Shown here: piece after piece, positions 48,273-57,022 of the stretch | How the letters are laid out: each line of letters begins with the position of its first letter | How positions within the stretch are numbered: position 1 is the first letter of the stretch | NCBI GenBank assembly: GCA_018817715.1 | Contig: JAHITT010000004.1 | Coordinates: 19,751 to 83,750, forward strand | Reading direction: 5' to 3' | DNA length: 64,000 nt | Origin: Patescibacteria group bacterium | GTDB lineage: Bacteria > Patescibacteriota > Patescibacteriia > Veblenbacterales > UBA10138 | Made by a program: the position numbers and the translations under genes | The notes under the pieces: model-generated | What the model saw: only the letters and a program-made list of their open reading frames with translations | Databases searched by the model: none | What the model was told of the DNA's origin: nothing

Positions 48273-49037
48273 TTACCAAATTTTATTGGGACCTTGGGTT
48301 AATTGCTTATAAATTTCCTGATTAGAGGCAATAAAGTTGGTATTGCGATAATCATAATTTTTGCTACCTAAATTATTTACTACCCCACCAGCTTCTCTAA
48401 CCAACAATGACCCGGTAGCAAAATCATAATCTTTACCATAAGGATTAAAGCATAATCGGGCATCTAATTTACCAGTTGCTACCATGGCGAATTCCCAGCC
48501 GGCGCTGATAGTTTTTAATAAAACAGTCTGTTTTTTTAGACGTTCAAAAATTTGTCTGTCTGTTTCATTGTCCAACCGGCTTTCGTAAGAAACATAAGCC
48601 TGGCTTAAATTACGACTGCTAACACTTAACCTAGTCTGCTCACAATAAGCCCCACCATTTTTTTTGGCCCAATACATTAGATCATTTACAAAATCATAAA
48701 TTGCGCTAAAAACTACTTGCCCCTCCTCCACTAAAGCAATCATACAAGTACAAAAAGGTAACCCCCTGACAAAATGACCAGTAGCATCTATTGGATCCAT
48801 TAACCAAAATCTATCTGCCTTTCGGTTGCCACCAAATTCCTCTCCCACAAAATCTATAGTTGGATATATTTTTTTAAGTTCCGCCGAAACAAATTCTTCT
48901 ACTTGTAAATCCAGCTTTGTTACAACATTAACAGCTGAATCATCTTTTTGCTTTATAATAGCCGACTGGCCAAAACCAGGTAGTAATAAATCCTTAGTCT
49001 GGCGCAAAATTGGCAGAACTTTTTTAGAATAATCCAT
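48273..49037 (-). CDS. suhB: Inositol monophosphatase family protein
   Basis: WLMDPIDATGHFVRGLPF metal-binding motif. Confidence 0.8.
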   Translation of the reverse strand: MDYSKKVLPILRQTKDLLLPGFGQSAIIKQKDDSAVNVVTKLDLQVEEFVSAELKKIYPTIDFVGEEFGGNRKADRFWLMDPIDATGHFVRGLPFCTCMIALVEEGQVVFSAIYDFVNDLMYWAKKNGGAYCEQTRLSVSSRNLSQAYVSYESRLDNETDRQIFERLKKQTVLLKTISAGWEFAMVATGKLDARLCFNPYGKDYDFATGSLLVREAGGVVNNLGSKNYDYRNTNFIASNQEIYKQLTQGPNKIW

Positions 49038-49198
49038 ACTAGCTAATCATAACCCAAATTAACTAAATAACAAAAATATTTTACCTTAGTTAAAAACTTG
49101 ACAACTCAGCCAATTTATAATAATTTATCATTTACCTTAACTTTGTTAGTTATGGTAAAAATAAAAAAAATCAAATAACTTTAACATAGGAGTTAGTT

Positions 49199-49552
49199 AT
49201 GGAAGTTGCAGCCTACGACCCGACCAAATGTCAAATTTTAAATCCTGAAAACTTTACAGTTGAAGGAGCTAGTTGGCAAGGAATAATAGAAAAAATTATT
49301 TATTCCAGCAAAGCCAACAGATTAACAACAAGTAGAACTAACGGGACAATCCTATTGGTTGACATTACCAAAGGAACTGTCAATTTAACTAGCAAAGAAA
49401 TAGAAATATTTGCTAATGGCAAAAAAATTTTTGACAGTATGGTTCGCTTGGAAAAAAATAAAAACGAAATCTACGCAGGCAAACCAGGCGATAAAGTAGG
49501 TATATGTCTAAAAAAGACGCTGGTAAAAGAATTTGCCAAACTCCTTAATTAA
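49199..49552 (+). CDS. Hypothetical protein
   Basis: ORF track 117 aa. Followed by terminator hairpin acggcgcgac...gtccgccgt plus T-run. Confidence 0.4.
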   Translation: MEVAAYDPTKCQILNPENFTVEGASWQGIIEKIIYSSKANRLTTSRTNGTILLVDITKGTVNLTSKEIEIFANGKKIFDSMVRLEKNKNEIYAGKPGDKVGICLKKTLVKEFAKLLN

Positions 49553-49669
49553 CTAAAATTAAAAATATTTTCATTACTACGGCGCGACTTAACAAAGTCC
49601 GCCGTTATTTTATTTAATAAATTTTTTAACCAAAGTCTAATAGCTATAAATTTAAAATATATCTAAATA

Positions 49670-50647
49670 TTATAAATTAACCAAACCCGTCAAATTAAAC
49701 AAATAACCAGTAAAGATAATTCCCAGGCCAATCACCCCAGCAAAAATTAAAATCAACTTAACCTTCATTACTTTTTTTAAAATCATAAATTCCGGTAATG
49801 ATAAGGCAGTAACAGCCATCATAAAAGCCAAGGCTGTGCCCAAAGCTACCCCTTTTTCCATTAAAACAGCTACCAAGGGAATAACCCCGGCAGCATTAGT
49901 ATAAAGCGGAATACCAATCAAAACCGCCAAGGGTACAGCATACCATTTATCGGCCCCGACATAGCTGGCCAAAAAATCCATAGGCACATAACCATGAATC
50001 AAAGCACCTAAACCAATACCAACAGCCACATAAGGCCACACCTTTTTTACAATATCCTTAGTATATTCTTTAGCATAAAGGAATCTACCCGACCAACCTA
50101 TGGACCTATTTTCATAAACCAAAGATGCTTGAGGTTTAAAAATAAAATCAGCCACTAAACTTTCCGGATTTAATTTTCCTATTATCAAACCAGTTAAAAT
50201 TGCGATAATTAAACCACTAACAATATAAAATAAAGCTATTTTCCAACCAAATAAACCAACCAGTAAAATTAAAGCCACTTCATTAATCATAGGTGAAGCC
50301 ACTAAAAAAGAAAAAGTAACTCCTAAAGGCACACCAGCTTCTACAAAACCTAAAAAAAGCGGTACAGCACTGCAAGAACAAAAAGGGGTAATAATTCCCA
50401 AAATAGCGGCCATAGTATGGCCAATTAATTTGTTTCTATTTAGCAAGATTAAACGTATTCTAGCTGGCGGCCAAAAAGAACGAACCAAAGAAACTATAAA
50501 AATTATAAAAACTAACAATACCAATATCTTAATAAAATCATAAATAAAAAAATTGACTGCTTGGGCCACCACCATATCGCCAGCCAAATTTAATACCTTA
50601 AAAGTTACCCAATCAGCCAATAATTTTATGGGATAAAAAATATCCAT
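49670..50647 (-). CDS. arsP: ArsP/DUF318-family permease (organoarsenical efflux-like)
   Basis: TPFCSCSAVPLF motif. Multi-TM. Confidence 0.7.
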   Translation of the reverse strand: MDIFYPIKLLADWVTFKVLNLAGDMVVAQAVNFFIYDFIKILVLLVFIIFIVSLVRSFWPPARIRLILLNRNKLIGHTMAAILGIITPFCSCSAVPLFLGFVEAGVPLGVTFSFLVASPMINEVALILLVGLFGWKIALFYIVSGLIIAILTGLIIGKLNPESLVADFIFKPQASLVYENRSIGWSGRFLYAKEYTKDIVKKVWPYVAVGIGLGALIHGYVPMDFLASYVGADKWYAVPLAVLIGIPLYTNAAGVIPLVAVLMEKGVALGTALAFMMAVTALSLPEFMILKKVMKVKLILIFAGVIGLGIIFTGYLFNLTGLVNL

Positions 50648-50650
50648 AAA

Positions 50651-50902
50651 CTAAAAATTGTCTTGAATTAATTTTTTAATTTTTTTAATATCCGAAGTAA
50701 AACCAACTAAAACAGCTTGGCCGTTCACCACTAAAACCGGACTTTGCATTAACCCAAAATCCAATATTCTTTGAAGATCCTTAATATATTCAACCGTTAC
50801 ACTTAAACCTAAGTCCTTAACAACCTGCTGCGTTAATTTATATAATTTTTGACAAGCTGGGCAACCAGAACCTAAAACCTGAATATTTTTTAAATTATTC
50901 AT
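50651..50902 (-). CDS. Thioredoxin-fold redox-active disulfide protein 2
   Basis: 83 aa, GSGCPACQ CxxC. Typical partner of DUF318 permeases. Confidence 0.7.
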   Translation of the reverse strand: MNNLKNIQVLGSGCPACQKLYKLTQQVVKDLGLSVTVEYIKDLQRILDFGLMQSPVLVVNGQAVLVGFTSDIKKIKKLIQDNF

Positions 50903-51209
50903 ACTTTTGTAAAAAATGCTTTAACAATAAATTAAATTCTCTTAGCTGCTTTTTGTTTATTGAATAAATCATATTCAAACCCTTTTTTTGGGAATTAATT
51001 AAGCCTGCTTGCTTAAGAACCTTTAAATGGTGGGAAACCAAATTCTGAGGAATCGCCAAATCTTGTCGAATATCACAAACACACCGTTCCCCTTTTTGTA
51101 GACTACATAAAATCTTAAGACGATTTTTTTCGGCTATGATTTTTAAAAAATTAGCTGTCTGGCTAATTTGGGTAAGAATTTTTTTATTTAAACAACACTT
51201 GGACTTCAT
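50895..51209 (-). CDS. arsR: ArsR-family metalloregulator with CVC metal site
   Basis: ILCSLQKGERCVCDI. HTH LVSHHLKVLKQAGLI. Confidence 0.8.
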   Translation of the reverse strand: MKSKCCLNKKILTQISQTANFLKIIAEKNRLKILCSLQKGERCVCDIRQDLAIPQNLVSHHLKVLKQAGLINSQKKGLNMIYSINKKQLREFNLLLKHFLQKYE

Positions 51210-51210
51210 A

Positions 51211-51234
51211 CTATATCAATTTATATTGATATAG
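51211..51234. promoter_or_regulatory. Candidate ArsR operator (11-2-11 inverted repeat) directly upstream of arsR
   Basis: ctatatcaat-tta-tattgatatag. Confidence 0.5.
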
Positions 51235-51319
51235 TAACAAACTCAATATTCCCAGTCAATAACCTTAACATAAACCTTTAAAACCATGCCAACGCCACAA
51301 GAAGGCCTAAATGTTAAGT

Positions 51320-51613
51320 TCAAAGTTTCTTATAATAAACACCTTGACCGGCTTGGCCGATTTGTTTAATTTTGCCCTGCTGTTCCAGTTCGTTTAAATA
51401 ACGCTCGGCCGTGGCATCGCTAACGCCCAGCAATTCCTCCACGTTATTATTAGTTACCTGTTCCTGGTCAGCAAACATAGCCCAAACTTTTTGCAAATTC
51501 TGCTCTTTTTGATTAATCGCCTCCGGCGACTTTTTTGATTCTACTTTTACCAAAATCAAAGCCAACACCAAACCCACTACCACACCAAGAGCTAAAGATA
51601 AAATTAAAGTCAT
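51320..51613 (-). CDS. Small membrane-anchored protein with C-terminal HTH-like domain
   Basis: N-terminal TM. EELLGVSDATAERYLNELEQQGKI. Confidence 0.4.
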   Translation of the reverse strand: MTLILSLALGVVVGLVLALILVKVESKKSPEAINQKEQNLQKVWAMFADQEQVTNNNVEELLGVSDATAERYLNELEQQGKIKQIGQAGQGVYYKKL

Positions 51614-51813
51614 AAATGCTTAATTTATTAGCTATTTTAGCTGAACGGCTCAAAAAAATAAGGTATTGAGGCGTTCAGTAGCTAAGCTAATTTTACCTAA
51701 ATTTTACCTAAATTAACAGTCTACTTAAAACCCTTGCCAAGCTATAGTGTTTTAGGTAGGATATATGTCGTGCCCTATAGGGCATTTTAAAAACAAAAAT
51801 TGTTAACTTATAT

Positions 51814-51888
51814 TCCGGGGTAGCTCAGTGGTAGAGCAGTTGGCTGTTAACCAATTGGTCGTGGGTTCGAGTCCCACCCCCGGAGCCA
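51814..51888 (+). tRNA. tRNA-Asn (anticodon GTT), CCA encoded; likely integration site
   Basis: TCCGGGGTAGCTCAGTGGTAGAGC...CTGTTAA...GGGTTCGAGTCCCACCCCCGGAGCCA. Confidence 0.85.
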
Positions 51889-53490
51889 GATAGGATTAAC
51901 ATCAGCGAAAGCTGGTGTTTTTCCTTTATTGACGGGCTCTTTTGGCGGTTCGAAAGTCTTTTTTTCGTCTATTTTTTCTCCCAACATCTCGATTACTCGG
52001 TTAGAGATGATTTTGAAGGCTTTCTGGTATGAAATCTCGATTTTCTTGCCATTTATGGTCGGGTTCGAAAATAAAAGGGACAATAATACTTTTTTGTCGT
52101 CGACCATGTCGAAGGTGCTTCGGTTTATGTAAATCTTTCTTGCATCCTTGGCCATTTGGAGAAATGTCGATCCCATATCGTAATACTTAAGGTTGGCATT
52201 TTTATGCTTGTTGAGGCTGTCCATCACTTCCTCCTGCTCAATCTTGTATTGCTGGTACTTTTTCTGATAGAAGTCCTCGCTGATTTTGCCGTCGATCTTG
52301 TCGTCATATATTTTATCTAGTCTCTGCGTGGCTACCTGGTAGCGTCGCTCGAGTTCGCCGGTAGCCTTTTCCCTGAATTCTATCTCCTCACCGTGGCTTT
52401 CCTTGAGAGCCTCTTGGACCCAAGTGAGCATATTCTCTATGGCTTCATCGTGATTAGAGCTCAAGAGCTCGATATTCTCCGTTACTTGTATATCGATATT
52501 TTCTTGCTTCACCCATTCTCTTTGTTTGCAATTTTTGTAATGGTTGCAGTGACCGTACCAATGACCTTTCTGTATCTCCCAAGTTATCCGACCCTTGCAT
52601 TCGTCACAGTGGAAGATGTTTTTGAACAGTGGGTTGTGCTTGTTATATTTTGGCGTCCCGTTGCTATGCATGATATCTTGGCACCGCATGAATAATTCTT
52701 TGGTGATCAGTGGCTCGTGTTCACCTTTGCCAACTTTGCCGTTCCAACGATTCATTCCGTAATAGAATGGATCACCGAGAAGCTGGTGGACTCGCGAGTG
52801 ACTCACTTTGTTGCCTCCTCGAGATCGCATACCGAGCCTGTACATTTCATCGGCAAGTTTCTTGGTCGAGCTTACGTTGGTGGCATAGAGGTCAAACATT
52901 TTCTTAACCATCGGTGCTTTGTCCTCATCTATCACATGGATTTTATGTCCTTTCTCACCAATCGTTTTATATCCGAGTGGTGGTTTGCTCGGCAACCATC
53001 CTTGAGCGAGTTTTTCTTTCTGGCCTTTCTTTACGTTTTCGGACAAAAGGCGGATGTAATATTCGGCCGTGGCCACTTTCACTCGCCACATAAACCATTC
53101 ATGCGACTTGGAGTCTTTGTGAAGCGTACATCCTTCTTTGACCAAGTGGATCGTATGCTTTTCGTCCGCTAGTATCCATTCGTCAATTACCGGCACATCG
53201 GCAAAATTACGGGTCAGGCGATCGGTTGTCTCCACGAAGACTGTATTGATCTTGGACTTGGTCACGTATTCCAACATTTCGTGAAATATTTTGCGCTGGA
53301 TTTTTCCAGCGGCCGACTCCTGAATGGCAAAAACCTTTACGAGCTCGTAGCCGTTGCGGTCGGCGTAGTCTCGCAAAAGTTTCTCTTGAGCCGGAAGCGA
53401 ATAGCCGGTGTCCTCCTGATCTTTGGAAGACACCCGGGCGTAGCCTACGGCTTGCATCGATTGATTTTCTTGATTCATTGTCATAATCAT
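51847..53490 (-). CDS. Large serine recombinase (resolvase-type catalytic domain, recombinase domain, zinc ribbon)
   Basis: AVGYARVSSKDQ catalytic Ser motif. The C-terminal 14 codons are read through the tRNA-Asn 3' half (…GWDSNPRPIG). Confidence 0.85.
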   Translation of the reverse strand: MIMTMNQENQSMQAVGYARVSSKDQEDTGYSLPAQEKLLRDYADRNGYELVKVFAIQESAAGKIQRKIFHEMLEYVTKSKINTVFVETTDRLTRNFADVPVIDEWILADEKHTIHLVKEGCTLHKDSKSHEWFMWRVKVATAEYYIRLLSENVKKGQKEKLAQGWLPSKPPLGYKTIGEKGHKIHVIDEDKAPMVKKMFDLYATNVSSTKKLADEMYRLGMRSRGGNKVSHSRVHQLLGDPFYYGMNRWNGKVGKGEHEPLITKELFMRCQDIMHSNGTPKYNKHNPLFKNIFHCDECKGRITWEIQKGHWYGHCNHYKNCKQREWVKQENIDIQVTENIELLSSNHDEAIENMLTWVQEALKESHGEEIEFREKATGELERRYQVATQRLDKIYDDKIDGKISEDFYQKKYQQYKIEQEEVMDSLNKHKNANLKYYDMGSTFLQMAKDARKIYINRSTFDMVDDKKVLLSLLFSNPTINGKKIEISYQKAFKIISNRVIEMLGEKIDEKKTFEPPKEPVNKGKTPAFADVNPIWLRGWDSNPRPIG

Positions 53491-53587
53491 TTAGTTAATA
53501 ATTTGTTGGTTCGAATGCGACTTTTCGTACCACGACACACCCTATACTAATTTTTTGGACAAGCTAAGCTCGAGTTGCCCACAGCAG

Positions 53588-54124
53588 TTATTCTCCGGTG
53601 TCGACCCACTTTTTTATTATTTCCGCTTTCGCATCGGGATACTGATTGCGTGCGAGTGCTAGTTGCATTTCATAAGGGATAAATTCCCAGCGATCACTTG
53701 GAGTCATCTCGCTGAAGTTGATCTTGTTTAGTTGAAGAGTTTCTTTTGGATGGCCCTCCACACGATCAAGTAGTTCTTTGATGGCCGCCAGTTTTACGTT
53801 ATCGTTTTGGCTTCCCATAAGCGCAACCAGCATCTCGTTGGCCAGACGAAAGTTTTGCTCACGAATACGCACACCGGCTTTCCGGACTATGTCCACAGTT
53901 TCCTGATGGATCGCATCCATTTCCTGTTCATACAACTCATAGGTTTCTCGTAGTGTTCCCGATTGTCTGAACCAGTCTTTGACCGTTTGCTCAGTGAATT
54001 TGGCTTTTCTACTTTTTTCAAACCGGTGATTGATATCCTCGGCAATGTTTTGGTAGGAATAGCCTTTATATTTCAGCTCAAGCGCGCGTTCGTGATATTT
54101 TGTTATGGTTTTCAACTTGGCCAT
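53588..54124 (-). CDS. Hypothetical protein with N-terminal HTH (terminase-small/sigma-like)
   Basis: GYSYQNIAEDIN. Lies on the integrated element. Confidence 0.35.
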   Translation of the reverse strand: MAKLKTITKYHERALELKYKGYSYQNIAEDINHRFEKSRKAKFTEQTVKDWFRQSGTLRETYELYEQEMDAIHQETVDIVRKAGVRIREQNFRLANEMLVALMGSQNDNVKLAAIKELLDRVEGHPKETLQLNKINFSEMTPSDRWEFIPYEMQLALARNQYPDAKAEIIKKWVDTGE

Positions 54125-54147
54125 AAAAGTGGGGTTTAGTGGAGTCC

Positions 54148-54339
54148 TTATTCCTTGATCGTGATGATGAGGAGTGCTCTGCCGGTTACCCGTTCGATGA
54201 TGTAAGCGGCCGCATGTGCTCGCACCTCAACATCTTTGGATTCCAGAAGCGAGATCAGAACTTTCGCCGCTTTTGGCAGATTCTTTTTGAGTATCTCGTC
54301 TGAGATTTCGACTTCCGTTTTCTTTTTATGCTTGCTCAT
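54148..54339 (-). CDS. Hypothetical small protein
   Basis: ORF track 63 aa. Confidence 0.3.
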   Translation of the reverse strand: MSKHKKKTEVEISDEILKKNLPKAAKVLISLLESKDVEVRAHAAAYIIERVTGRALLIITIKE

Positions 54340-54350
54340 AGGTGTGTTGG

Positions 54351-54938
54351 TTAGTAGTTACGTTTATGTCGGTTCGACGAGAACGACATCCTGGCGACAA
54401 GGTCGGCTTTCATCTGGTTTATTTTCTTGATCTGGTTTTGGCCGTTAACTTCTTTATAATTTTCTTTAATTTCTTTTAATCCCTTAGCTTCTATATCATC
54501 GCCGTCGGACGCAGTGTGCGTGTCATGCCGTTCGGCATTTCGTGCTGATCGGCCACCGTCCTGCTTCAGATGTAGGATGGATAGCAAAGTGATGCTTCGG
54601 GGTTTGAATTTGGCATCATCGCCTCGGATTTTTGTGATCGCGACAAAAGCCCACTCTTCGAGCTTGTCCAAACACTTCTTAATCGTTCGCCAATCTTTCA
54701 GGCCAGAGTAAAGCCGAAGCGTCTTGTTGGATGCTTCTATGGTCTGGCTCGCTTTGTTTGAAGCGATCTCGGTCAAAGCACAGTAGACATTACGCAGATT
54801 GCGATATGCATCGTCGCTTACATGCTTATCGAGCCACTGCTGACGCATAAACCGCAAAGCCGGTTTGTCTTGATAGGCAAACGGGGCTTCGCGGTAATCT
54901 CGGACCTTATACTTCTTGTCGCTTTGGTACATTGTCAT
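54351..54938 (-). CDS. Hypothetical protein (possible replication/wH protein)
   Basis: ORF track 195 aa. Confidence 0.35.
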   Translation of the reverse strand: MTMYQSDKKYKVRDYREAPFAYQDKPALRFMRQQWLDKHVSDDAYRNLRNVYCALTEIASNKASQTIEASNKTLRLYSGLKDWRTIKKCLDKLEEWAFVAITKIRGDDAKFKPRSITLLSILHLKQDGGRSARNAERHDTHTASDGDDIEAKGLKEIKENYKEVNGQNQIKKINQMKADLVARMSFSSNRHKRNY

Positions 54939-55206
54939 ATGGCTCTATGAGCGTTCGACCACTGGTGATGTCCTCGATGTAGAATCGCGACAAAGCATCG
55001 TAATAACTTACGAGATTGAATGCGATGTCGTGCAGGTCTTGGTCATTCACTTCCTGCCCGAAGTCTCTTTTGAGAATCACGCGGAGCTTCTCCAGCGTTT
55101 CCGGTTTTATTTTCACAGGTCTTAGTTCTCGGCGTAAATCCGTACCTTGACCTGTTTGACCTCGTTGAAGAACGCTTGAGGCTCGACTTGAAGCTCGCGG
55201 CTCCAA
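54907..55206 (-). CDS. Hypothetical small protein; N-terminus low complexity, real start probably internal
   Basis: Overlaps 55122-55364 in another frame. Confidence 0.25.
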   Translation of the reverse strand: MEPRASSRASSVLQRGQTGQGTDLRRELRPVKIKPETLEKLRVILKRDFGQEVNDQDLHDIAFNLVSYYDALSRFYIEDITSGRTLIEPYDNVPKRQEV

Positions 55207-55364
55207 TATCGCTTCACCAGAGAATCCAAGTCCGGGCTCTTGCCGAAGCAGAAGAGCACCTTGTGCGGATTTCCCCGATCCACGACCTCAAGAGAATCAG
55301 GAATAAATAATAAAAGCACCGCGACCAATGCCAGGTCGGCGGTTTTGTAGTAATTGTTTTCCAT
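55122..55364 (-). CDS. Hypothetical small protein
   Basis: ORF track 80 aa. Confidence 0.3.
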   Translation of the reverse strand: MENNYYKTADLALVAVLLLFIPDSLEVVDRGNPHKVLFCFGKSPDLDSLVKRYWSRELQVEPQAFFNEVKQVKVRIYAEN

Positions 55365-55527
55365 ATGTTGGCATTTTCATCGTCATTAACTTCCTCTCAC
55401 ACGCTTTTATTTTGGCAAACGAGTCGCTATGCCTTACATACTCCGCAAAGAAATTTGCGCAAACAAAAAACGCCCATTTTTCGGGCGTGCCGCTTAAGTT
55501 ATTAACACTACTTGAGGAATACGAGTG

Positions 55528-56208
55528 TCACCGCAGGAAAATTCTATATTCCGGATTGATCCGGTAGCCGTCGGTGCGACGACCCTCAATCAGTTTGCCG
55601 ATTTTCAAATCATTTTTAGCTTTGGCGTTTATTTTCATAATTGCCGAGCGTACCGAATAATCGCTTCCGGCTTCAGTAGCCATGCGGATATCTGGCGTGG
55701 TCTGGTAGGTTTTGCCGATCAGGTATTTCAGTATCCGATACCGGAGCAACTCTTTACCCATGTGGTAGCAGTATTTGCTTTTCGGATCACGGTACAGGTC
55801 GGCATCGGCCGACAAGTGGAGAATGGTCTGTTTAAGATCAGGTTTTGCTTTTCCTTGCGCAAAGTATTCGGCAAAAGAGATAGCCGCTTCACGTGCGAAT
55901 GTTTTTATAAAATGCTGATCATACTCGGTCAGTCCCTCAAACTTGCTCGTCCGGTGTTCCAAGAGGGACCGGATACTTTTGACCTCGAGCTTTGTTTCGA
56001 TTATTTCTCTGGTTAGATCACCGACGGCTGATTTGTTGTTCTGGATGATCTTATCCCCATCGGCTATACCAGCCGTTTTCATCGACGATCGGAGTATTTT
56101 CTCGGTGGTAACGATTGAGAGACGATAGGTTTGCGCCATCGTCACCGGTTTTCTGATATTGAATTTGTGCCTAGTGGCCAAAGAGGCCTTTTTCATTTTC
56201 ATACTCAT
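55528..56208 (-). CDS. Hypothetical DNA-binding protein (C-terminal winged-helix-like)
   Basis: 226 aa. Divergent from the 56395 gene across a 186-bp intergenic region. Confidence 0.35.
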   Translation of the reverse strand: MSMKMKKASLATRHKFNIRKPVTMAQTYRLSIVTTEKILRSSMKTAGIADGDKIIQNNKSAVGDLTREIIETKLEVKSIRSLLEHRTSKFEGLTEYDQHFIKTFAREAAISFAEYFAQGKAKPDLKQTILHLSADADLYRDPKSKYCYHMGKELLRYRILKYLIGKTYQTTPDIRMATEAGSDYSVRSAIMKINAKAKNDLKIGKLIEGRRTDGYRINPEYRIFLR

Positions 56209-56394
56209 TTTTGTACTGGAACGTAGCTTTAGCGTAACTTCCAGTTAAAGTTTAGTGAATAGAACCCGTTTTCTACTCTTCATTCACTACTAAGCAATTT
56301 TGCTTATTTGCCCATACCCATTGCTTTAATCCTAAGTATAGCATATAATGTAATCCATAAGTAACATTTTGCGTAACCTTTTAGATTATAACCT

Positions 56395-56991
56395 ATGACC
56401 CAGCGAATAGACATCATGAATACACTCCTCCGATCCAAGCAGTCAGTATTTACGTTCAAGGAAGTAAACTTGCTTGCTGGAGGTGAAATCAGCCCAGCTC
56501 TATTGCGACGCCGGGTGAGCTATTACATTCAAAAAGATCAACTGCATCCGCTTCGACGCGGCATTTATGCCAAAGATAAAAAATATGACAAATTCGAATT
56601 GGCAAATCGAATTTATACCCCCTCGTATATAAGCTTTGAGACTGTTCTCAGTCGAGCAGGTGTTATTTTTCAATCATACGGGCAAATATTTATTGCATCT
56701 TATCTTACACGCGAACTGAAAATTGATGACCAGATATATTCTTACAGAAAAATTAAGGACGACATCCTAATGAGAACTCAACTGCCTATAGGCATCGAAC
56801 ATAAAGGCACTTATTCCATTGCTACTCCTGAACGGGCATTTTTAGACGTGGTTTATCTTTCCAAAGATTATCACTTCGACAATTTGTCCGCTTTAAACTG
56901 GGAGAAGGTATTTGAGATTCTCCCAATTTTTGAAAATGTCGAGATGGAAAAACGGGTCAAGGCATATTACGAGCTGTTCAAGCATAGTTAA
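56395..56991 (+). CDS. AbiEi-like antitoxin/regulator N-terminal wHTH domain protein
   Basis: LHPLRRGIYAKD and TPSYISFETVLSRAGVI resemble the AbiEi family (L.RGvY ... PSYvSlesAL). Confidence 0.5.
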   Translation: MTQRIDIMNTLLRSKQSVFTFKEVNLLAGGEISPALLRRRVSYYIQKDQLHPLRRGIYAKDKKYDKFELANRIYTPSYISFETVLSRAGVIFQSYGQIFIASYLTRELKIDDQIYSYRKIKDDILMRTQLPIGIEHKGTYSIATPERAFLDVVYLSKDYHFDNLSALNWEKVFEILPIFENVEMEKRVKAYYELFKHS

Positions 56992-57022
56992 GCCTGAATC
57001 ATGAGTATGAAAATGAAAATGT

